This document shows positions 25,861-33,900 of a stretch of 64,000 bases of DNA, piece by piece. Location: contig CP154954.1 in the NCBI GenBank assembly GCA_039621445.1, positions 3,415,715 to 3,479,714 on the forward strand, given 5' to 3'. The position numbers were made by a program, and so were the translations under genes. Each line of letters begins with the position of its first letter. Positions within the stretch are counted from its first letter, which is position 1. The notes beneath the pieces were generated by a model. That model was not told the origin of the DNA. It did no database searches and saw only the letters and a program-made list of their open reading frames with translations. This DNA comes from Euglena gracilis. Its lineage: Eukaryota.

Positions 25861-25929
25861 GAGTTCTCCACCGAACCCTCCCAAAGTTCTATTTCAATCA
25901 CAAGGCGGCCACCCTGGAGGTGGGACCGG

Positions 25930-26110
25930 ATGAGTGGGTGGTGGAGGACATTGTGGGCAGCCGGAACCACCCGGAAACGGGGCTGCCGGAAATTCAGGTG
26001 AGGTGGAAAAATTGGGATCCGACGGATCTCCAATGGCTGCCATGGTCGGATTTCTTCCCATCCTACAACGAGGATGTGGTGGATTATTGTGCAGCCAAGG
26101 GGATTCCATT
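25930..26110 (+). pseudogene. Chromodomain at the integrase C-terminus
   Basis: EWVVEDIVGSRNHPETGLPEIQVRWKNWDPTDLQWLPWSDF fits the chromodomain pattern (aromatic-V-E-x-I...V-x-W-K-x-aromatic...W-x-P). Confidence 0.88.
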
Positions 26111-27699
26111 GGAGGTGGTGGGACTTCTCCGCCACGGGAGGAAAGGGGCGCGGGGTCGAAGGCAATAGGGGGAGGGTTTGAGGTGGATGCGGGAGGAAGT
26201 TGGGTGCGGGGACTGTGGTGGTGGCGGAGCACCCCTACGTCCCAGGCCCTGATTCTGATTTTATTTGTGCCTTGGCAGGTTCAACTTCAATTTCAAAATT
26301 CAGATTTCAAACTCCTGCGACCGCCCCTTGGCTACGGGCGTGGGGCCGGTGGCCCCAGAAGCCGGGGGCCTGGTGTCCCCCTCGGAAGGGAACATGATGC
26401 CCGGGCGGGGCGAGGAGGCCACACGAGTGCACGGGGGGGGTCCCATCCCCAAGGGCCCCTGAGGGTGCCAACATCCTCCCCCCCCAGGGCTGGCCTCCCC
26501 CAACACCCGCGGCCACAGAGCGCCCCCCGGCACCCACTCCCCGCACGTGCTCAACACCGCACGGTGCGGCCCGAGGGGCCCCGGGGGGGGTCCACAGGGG
26601 GCCCTGCGGGCCCGAGCCCCCCCCCACGGGTGCCTGCCGGGTTTTTTTTTTTTCTTTTTGAGCCATTCAAGGCGTGGTGCCCTGGCCAAAGGGGGGGGGG
26701 TGCCTGGGGCGGGGGGGCGGTGCACCTGCTATTTTGTTCAATGTTTGATGGTTGGCCACACCCCTCTTCGGCCCACCGTGCCGAGGGAGGGGGGGGGGCG
26801 CCTGCAATTTTCTTTTTTGGTTGCACCCCCCTCCCCGAAGGAGGGGGGGGGGGCGCCTGCCGTTTTTTTTTTGGTCTCCACCCCCCCTCGGGGGGGGGGG
26901 GGGGGCGATTTTAAAAACACCCCCGGCCAAGCTAACCCCCGGGGGGGGGGGCAGGAACCCCCACACGGAGCCAGGGGGGGGGGGCAGCCCCCAAGGGGGG
27001 GGGGGGGCGCCACCCCCTCGGGGGGGGGGGCAGCCCCTCACCGGCCCCCTCACGGGGGGGGCCCCACCTCAAGGCCCCCCGGCGGCGCCCCCCGGCGCCC
27101 CCGGGCGGGGCCCCACCCCGGGGGCTGGGCCGGGCAAGGGGCGGGCCTTCCAAATGCACAAACTGCCACCCCGGGCCAAGCGGGGGGGGTGGGGGAAGGA
27201 ATCACAATTACACCCGAGCATCGAGCGTTTCGGGGGGGGGGCGCCCCTACCCATGGGCCAAGAGGGCTCACGGGATCGGAAGGAGAGCGGAGGGGCCCCA
27301 AGCGGCGCCTCCCCGGGTCACGGGTCTGGAGGCGCCCGTTCCTCCTTCTCGCCCCTCCCGTGTATCCCCCTCCCCAAACGGCGCGCGCCACACACGGCAC
27401 GTGGCATCACCGCTTCGTGCGTTTCCACACAAAAAAATATAATTCTTTGGAGGCGGGAGAGCGAAAAGGGGAGGGGCGGCACCTCGGACCGGCAAAGGAG
27501 TCGAACTTAAATTGCACGGCAATTTTTTTGAGGAGGGGAGTGTGCGCGGTCCGAGGGCGCCCGCCCGAAGGGGGGGTCCCAAGTGGGCCCAAAGGGGCCA
27601 CGAAGGGCCGCAAGGGGGCTCCAAGGCCCCCACGGACCTTTTGAGACCCCACTGGCCCCCAAGGGGGCCCGACAGCGCATTTTGACCAAGCCAAGGGAA

Positions 27700-28560
27700 G
27701 GTAAAGGAGGAGGCAGGTTGAGAGGGCCAACAGGCAACCCCCAAGGGGATGCGCAGGCCCTGCTGGGCTTTGCGGAAGCAGCCCAGCTTATGATATATAT
27801 ATCATAGCTTATATATATATCATGATACACAGTTCCAGGGAGTCAAATGCATTTGGAAACCGGAGGGCCAGGTCTGCTAAGGCAGATCGGGCCAAGGCGT
27901 CCAGGACATCCTCCCAAACACGGTCAGCAAAGGGGGGCGAAACGGTGGCAAAACCGTCCGTTCGAAAATCAGATTCACAGGTGACAGCTCCTGCTACCAA
28001 CGCAAACGTGAACCCCCCCGTGCAAAATCAAGTGCCAGTGGTTCGATCACAGTCATTGCCACCCCCCCCAGCAAACTCAATTTGGCAATGGGGGTGAATG
28101 GAGAAATGATTCTGGGTGGAATTCAAATGCCAGCACCAATTTTCAGGGAGATCAGTGGTGGCACTGAAATCAACAGAATTTTGATTCACAGTCTTGTGAT
28201 GGCGAAGGCAAAGGCAAAGGCAAAGGCAAGGGCAAAGGAAACAATTCTTGGAGGAAAGGAAATAATGGAAATGACTGGTCTAGGGGAAAGGGCCAGGATG
28301 GTGGAAAAGGCAAAGGAAAAGGAAGGGGGAAAGGAAACCGATGCTAGGACAGCCGGGGTGGACCGTTGGGAGCGAGAGCCGCCCCGGGCTCGCATACCCA
28401 GCCCCACACAAAGACATAAGCAAATCCTAGGTGGCATGAGAAATCTCGTGCGAGTGAAAACACGATGAAAAATCTTCCATCCCGGGAGATCTCTGCGCAA
28501 GGTGTGTCCAGTGTGTCGTGTGTGTGTCTGCGTGACGTGCAAATCTGTGATCCAGCCCAA
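27700..28560 (+). pseudogene. gag-like C-terminal region (GKGKG-rich) of the second element
   Basis: A broken frame reads GEGKGKGKGKGKGNNSWRKG...GKGQDGGKGKGKGRGKG and lies upstream of the second MTase/PR block. Confidence 0.45.
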
Positions 28561-28584
28561 ATCTCTCCTGGAAGGGTTGCCTTC

Positions 28585-28985
28585 TATCAACCAACAAGGC
28601 CCACACCCCCCAACGGGTACCCCTCAAAATCCTCCCATCAGCCTCAAACAACTTTGTCCCCTTGGGAAAATAAACCTTTTTGACAGCCATAGCCACCAGA
28701 CTTTTCACCCACCTCCTATTCCTATTCCAGCTGGGAACAATGCACATGCAAATCGCACCGACAATTGGAAAATTTGTGCCCAATTTTTCAGACAACTTCA
28801 GGCAACAAAGTCCAGGGGGGGATCATCCACAACCGTCTTCCTCCACCCCACCAAATCCTTTACATGGCATCATCATCCTCCCGTAAAACTTTCGCACCTG
28901 GCATTTTGCTGTTGCAAAACAATCCAAAAAAAGTTGCCTTTGCAAAACAATACCGTTCCGCCTCTTTAACCCGATAATCCTTCTC
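28585..28985 (-). pseudogene. DIRS/Dam-type N6-adenine DNA methyltransferase domain (complete, frameshifted, on an inverted segment)
   Basis: Read across frameshifts: KDYRVKEAER / LFLDCFATAK-CQVRKFY / DDAM*RIWW...LWMIPPWTLLPEVV*KI / AICMCIVPSW...WVKSL...YFPKGTKLFE...RGTRWGVWALLVD. This is the DxFA...D...W...(N)PPW...P-x-W pattern. Confidence 0.82.
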
Positions 28986-29084
28986 AATTTCCTCCATACA
29001 AACTTTCCTAACAGCATAATCCTCCCTACGATATCCGCTTTTTCCGCCAGACACTTCCGTTCCAAAAAAACACCGGTTAACAAA

Positions 29085-29485
29085 TACTCCACCAGTTGTT
29101 TGGGCATCCTCCATTTTTTCTGAGTACCAACTGTCATTCCATATCCTCCCAACTTTTCTCGGTGACTCCTCCCCACAGAAATCAAATTCGGGCAAGTCTG
29201 GCCATCACAAAGTTTGTTTTGTAGCTTGCTCAGACTTTCGCTCCCCCAGATTCAGGTAGGCTTTTGATATCCCCAATCTGAAAACTGACAATAGTCAACA
29301 TCGACAAAAGTCAGATTTTGAACACAGGGTCTTTTCCGCAAAAGTCCATGCCGGGGATTTTCAACCCACCACCATTTTGGCTTGAAATATTCGACAATCT
29401 CCAAAGTTTTTTTGACCAGCCGATCTGCCCGCTCCAAATTTCTTACTCCCAATGTTTTGGCCAAGCTATATTCGGGAGGGGGCAG
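29085..29485 (-). pseudogene. C5-cytosine DNA methyltransferase, second diverged copy (motifs IV-X; motif I lost)
   Basis: PPEYSLAKTLGVRNLERADRLVKKTLEIVEYFKPKWWWVENPRHGLLRKR...VDVDYCQFSDWGYQKPT*IWGS...LCDGQTC...HREKLGG...KWRMPKQLVEYLL. Confidence 0.9.
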
Positions 29486-29574
29486 CCCCAGGGAAGAAAA
29501 AAATTGGTGCGGCTTAAAAAAAGAATGTTGAGGGGGACAAAAACTCGGGGAGGATCGAAGAAACTCGGGGAGGA

Positions 29575-29870
29575 CAGACAACTTCTGTTAAAAACCCAGA
29601 TTAAGTTGGCAAATGGGGAGGAAAAAAACGGCCAGAATTTTGATTGATACGGGGGCTGAAGGAAACCTCATTCGACAAGGGTTGATAGGGGACCACCTAA
29701 TGTATCCTGCTGAGGACCCGTTAAGGTTTGAAAATGCCAATGGGCAAATTTTGGCGGGGGGGAGCAGATGTGCAAAGGTAAAAATGACCCTTCAACAAAA
29801 TTGGAATGAGGAAAGGGAAATTGAGAGGGTTGAATATGAGGTTGAATTTTATGAGGCACCACAGTATATT
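29575..29870 (+). pseudogene. pol: Aspartic protease of the second element (pol truncated after it)
   Basis: RQLLLKTQIKLANGEEK / ARILIDTGAEGNLIRQG...FENANGQIL, homologous to RQLLMRVQTRGPDG...ALIDTGAEVNLVRRG at 21915. Confidence 0.88.
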
Positions 29871-30077
29871 CGCTGCCCGTTTGTTATATTGCCGTTCGCT
29901 GTCCCTCTTCCCATCCCTTCCCTCTCCATACCCCTCGCATTACGGTCACGCGGTGGTGTTATAAGGGTTCCTTCTCAAATCATTCGGATGTGTGCATGAT
30001 GATGGATTACACTGTGCATGGTAGTCCTTGGTCACAATATGAGCCCTCACACGGTTGGTTAAGGGGACGGAGTTTTG

Positions 30078-30345
30078 GACAAAAAACCCCCCGGCCCAAG
30101 GAGGGGGGGGGGGCGCCTTGATTTTTTTGGACAAAAAAACCCCCCGGCCCGAGGAGGGGGGGGGCGCTTGAATTTTTTGATAAAAATCCCCCGGCCTGAG
30201 GAGGGGGGGGGGCGCTTGATTTTTTTGGCAAAAATCACCCCGGCCCGAGGGAGGGGGGGGGCTTGACGAATTTGAACCAAAAATCTCCCCGACCCGAAGG
30301 GGGGCGCCAACCGAATTTTTACCAAAAAATCTCCCGACCCGTTGG
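30078..30345. repeat. ~42-bp tandem repeat in the element 3' region
   Basis: Unit approximately AAAAA-CCCCCGGCCCGAGGAGGGGGGGGGCGCTTGA-TTTTTT, 5-6 copies. Confidence 0.85.
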
Positions 30346-30617
30346 AAGGGGGGGATCTTGGTGAAGACCCTCATACCACCCGTGAGAAGCGGGGGGGGGG
30401 TGGCAGCTAATATTCATTGGTTGGTGAACCAAGTCTTTCCCAAAGGTTTGAAGGCACTTGAAAGCCATAGTCCATGAAGTTTGTTTCCCATTTGTTTATT
30501 CAAGGGAGAATGGGTGTGGGACATAGGCTTTGGATTAAAGAGTTCCGAATGGAGGATTTCCCCCCCGTTGTTGAGGAACGGGGGGGGGGCGAGTTTTTGG
30601 GGTCCGACTAAGGTCGC

Positions 30618-30628
30618 AAGGGAGGGGG
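30618..30628 (+). promoter_or_regulatory. Polypurine tract
   Basis: AAGGGAGGGGG abuts the TG start of the 3' LTR. Confidence 0.8.
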
Positions 30629-30870
30629 TGTCGGCCGCCGGCTTTCGCCGGCAGCCAAAAATTGCCAGAATGCGCAAATTACAAAGTCGCGGGTAACAGC
30701 CAATCAGTTAGGGAAACCCGGACTTAAATTGGAAGCGGGTCAAATTTCTAAGCGCCTTCGAATTTGTCTTTTTTCACAGACCTTGTGGGGTTTTCCCCAA
30801 TATTTGGCAAGAATGAATACTTTGAATTTGAATTTGGCAATTGGACTTTGAATTGGAGTTGCAAGCTGAA
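30629..30870 (+). repeat. 3' LTR, truncated by the LINE fragment
   Basis: Diverged direct repeat of 17988-18230. Confidence 0.85.
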
Positions 30871-31750
30871 CGCGGCGGTAGGATTGGATGGCGCTGTCCA
30901 GGGCGGAGCGTCGGGAGGCAGACGCTGCGGAGATGGCGCTGCGGAGGGCAGGGACGGTCGTGCGGGGGAGATGGACACCGCGGGCGGCGAGGTAATCCAG
31001 CAAGCGGACCCATGGCCAGGGCCATGGGACGGTGGAGGGCGGGCGGGCATTCAGGCGCTCCAGCCGGTGCAGCTCGGCGAGCGTGCCACGAAGATGCACC
31101 ACCTTCACGGACTCGTAGGCAGGCCAGCGGTGGGGAGCACGTCTGCTTCGACCTCGCCTTACGCGAACTCTCCCACTCCCTCGACATGCAGGTACCCACA
31201 CTGCTGCTGGGGGACTGGAACGGCTCCGTGCCGCCCTCCCGGGATTACAGCAGTCGCAGCGGTCGCCAGCGTACCCCCTGCCCCCTGCTGGCCCACCTCT
31301 CGGGTCCCCGAGCCCCGTGGACTAATGCCCATGCAGCCCTCCTTCCCGAGCCCCTCCCGATGACCTTCCACTCCCCGCAGCTGTCTGGCCAGGTGGCTGC
31401 CACCTGGATCGACCTCATCGTGGCCAACAACGCCGCCCTGCCTCTCCTCCGCGGCGCCTCCGTGGAGTCGGACTTCCGCGACGGTGGTCACTCACCGTGC
31501 TTCGTCTCTCTGTCCTTCTCCGCCAGACACCTGGACTAGCGTCACCCCGTGGACAGCCCACCGCCCCGTCCTTTGCGGCCCCTCCGCCGACCTCCTGCAG
31601 TGCTCCGCGTGGAACGAGATCCTGACTTCCTGGGAAGCCTCGCCGGAGGTGGCCGCCCTGTCCCCCAACCGCGACTACACGCTTGAGTCCCTCTCCGCCG
31701 CCCTGCACGCGCCCATGCAGCGTCTGGTTAGTCTGGCCGACGGCTGGACG
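30871..31750 (+). pseudogene. LINE fragment: APE endonuclease C-terminal part (31140-31750, +) and an apparently inverted continuation (30871-31140, -)
   Basis: LLLGDWNGSV...MTFHS...TWIDLIVAN...DGGHSPCFVSL match the APE GDxN, TF, RIDY-like and SDH-like motifs. The minus strand reads HRWPAYES...LAELHRLERL with the same GC-rich codon style. Confidence 0.75.
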
Positions 31751-31908
31751 CGGCCAGACTACTGGCCGGCGGCTGGATGCGGCCAGACTAAGGATTTTTC
31801 AAAAGTTGTTACCACTGTGGAACCAGCTATTTCTCTAGACCAAAATGAATTTTTTTCACCAACCAAGTTTTTTCACCAAAAATCTGAACAACAGAATTAA
31901 TCTGAGTA

Positions 31909-32230
31909 TCAACTCACTGGTGGACATAATGTCCCCCAGTCCCCCAGTTTCTGTAAGGGATCCCAAAATGTTGCATATTTCTGAACATTTCTGTTCCAAC
32001 AGGATCTCTCATTCTTTAGCAAAGGGTGAAAAGGAACATGGTAGAAACCAGGGAGTGATGTGACAGCAAATAAAGCGTTTCTGGCCTCAACACATGACAT
32101 CTTGTGCAGCTCCAGGATGCTGGACACAATGTCCAAAGTGGTTGCTTGCAGGGGGTCCAGACACTTTTCCTGCAGCGGCACGTACAATTTTCTGAGGGCT
32201 CTGACATACCTCATTAAAGTGGAGGGACTT
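31909..32230 (-). pseudogene. Probable N-terminal part of the DIRS tyrosine recombinase ORF
   Basis: Position after MT; helical peptide ending KYATFWDP. The catalytic RHRY residues were not seen. Confidence 0.45.
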
Positions 32231-32339
32231 TTTAAGATAATTTCAATTTGTGAATTTCACATTTTTTGTTGTTCAAAACGGAACCTGAAACAATGCTGTA
32301 GGCCAGGGACTATTTTGGCCCAGGCATTGATTACCCCCA

Positions 32340-32650
32340 AACAGTTTGTGAACTTCCCTTGGCAGGGAGGAACCACTAACATTTTCACCCCAGGTTTGGA
32401 CATTTTTGTTAATAGGAGCCACCATGAGCTTGAAACCCACATGTGGGTTATTAAAGGACATTTTACCTGTTTGTTCATGGAAAGTTTGGTGAGCCAGGGC
32501 ATTATGACCTTCCAGGGGGGGTGGGCATACACCTCCTGCACCCCATCCAGGCTGCAGTTGAGATCATCCAGCAGAAAGGCCTGGTGGTGGGTGCACCGGG
32601 AGCAAAATTTTGGGAACTGAGTGCGTTCTGTGGATGCAAACATTTCCACT
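32340..32650 (-). pseudogene. DIRS N6-adenine methyltransferase (MT) domain
   Basis: EMFASTERTQFPKFCSR...AFLLDDL...VYAHPPWKVIMPWLTKL...LITHMWVSSSWWLLL, immediately after RNase H (QWVPSEKMVADLL). Confidence 0.82.
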
Positions 32651-32905
32651 GAGTGGGTGACGTGTTCTAAAAAAAATCTGCATTATTTCTGAAAGCTGAC
32701 CGGGTTTAGGGTATAATCCCCCCTGTCTTGTGTGCACCTTGTCAAGGAGGTCTGCCACCATTTTTTCTGAGGGGACCCACTGGGACTTGGAGTTCAAGTT
32801 TGTTTTTTCAAGCACCACTTGAAAAGGGGGTGTAAAATTCTGTTTAGGTGCTCTTTCCTTCATTCCCATTTCTGCAGGCAGATGAGTGATACCTGATTGT
32901 CCACG

Positions 32906-33338
32906 TTCAGGTGTCTGCCGGAAAATTGAAAATCGTCAGAAAGGAACTGAGGAAAGTCGTAGGGCAGGTACGATCATACCGCCCTGTCCGTCCTTTTCTC
33001 AGGCTGGTCACACAAGGATTACTAAAATTGAGCAAGTTAAACACCGCCATGAGCTGGGATTTTGCAGTACCAATACCCCCCAGCTGAAAATATAAATCAG
33101 GAACCTCAAAGATTTTCTGGTGCCAGCGGCAGGTCGACCCTTTTTAAAAATACCCAAACATGTGCTGCCCTCAAGTTCATCAACGTGGGCCTGGTGTGGA
33201 GTGGAAAGCGCAAAAAAAGTTGTGCACGCAAGATTTTTGGAGGGAGCAAAGTTTGCTCCGCATAAATGTAAAGGAATTGGCTGTTGCAGTAAACAATGTA
33301 AAAGCTTTTGTAAAAAAGGGGGAGACTGTCCCACTGAA
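32906..33338 (+). pseudogene. Inverted internal DIRS segment (RT thumb and RNase H N-terminal part)
   Basis: Plus strand reads QVSAGKLKIVRKELRK...GRPF...SSSTWAWCG...QDFWREQSLLRINVKELAVAV...GETVPL; it continues as NVDNQVSL on minus below 32906. Confidence 0.85.
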
Positions 33339-33339
33339 G

Positions 33340-33900
33340 CCCCTCCTGCAGTTTGATGATGAACCCCAGGTGCTGCAGCTTTTGAGTGGGGGAGAGAATG
33401 GATTTCTTGAGCTTTATTTTGAAACCTGCAGAACAACGATTTAGGACCATCATGGCCAGTTGCCTTTTTACCCAACATCCTGAGGAACCACTTAGGATGA
33501 TGTTCGTCCAAATAAACGAATGCCATGAGCCCCTTTGGTCTCCAAAATTTTTGGAGTACTTTCATGAGGGACATGAAAACTTTTGGGAGAGTGCCTAGAC
33601 CAAAAGACGCACCTTGAAACTCCCACAGTTTTCCTCCTACCTCCATCCTTACAAATAGTTTAAACTTTTCTTGAAGGTCCAGGTGGACGTAAGCATCCTT
33701 GAGATCCAGATTTGAAGCATACCAACGTTGCATGAGGAGGGGAAAAATGGTGGATATTTTTCCAGGGTAAACCTGACTGGGGAACAATAAAGATTGAGTT
33801 ACCTTCGGTCTGCAATGACACGATGTTTCACCCCCCCTTCCGGTTTTGGCAACACAAACCATGGAACCAGATGTTTGGTGTTTTGTGGATCTGTCACCAC
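33340..33900 (-). pseudogene. DIRS-type reverse transcriptase
   Basis: WFVLPKPEGGVKHRVIAD; LDLKDAYVH; FQGASFGLGTLPKVF; VYLDE; KKSILSPTQKLQHLGF. Confidence 0.92.

Larger units (their letters stand above)
17988..30870 (+). mobile_element. Decayed composite Ty3/Gypsy (chromovirus-type) LTR retrotransposon locus carrying DNA methyltransferases
   Basis: Direct repeats starting TGTCGGCCGCC at 17988 and 30629, PPT before the second; PR-RT-RH-IN-chromodomain order inside. A second PR and second MTase set show two related elements nested or recombined. Confidence 0.9.

Noticed and set aside
26547-27644. 365-aa Gly/Pro-rich ORF and overlapping ORFs
   Set aside because: G/C homopolymer-rich 3' non-coding sequence, open in many frames, with no motifs.
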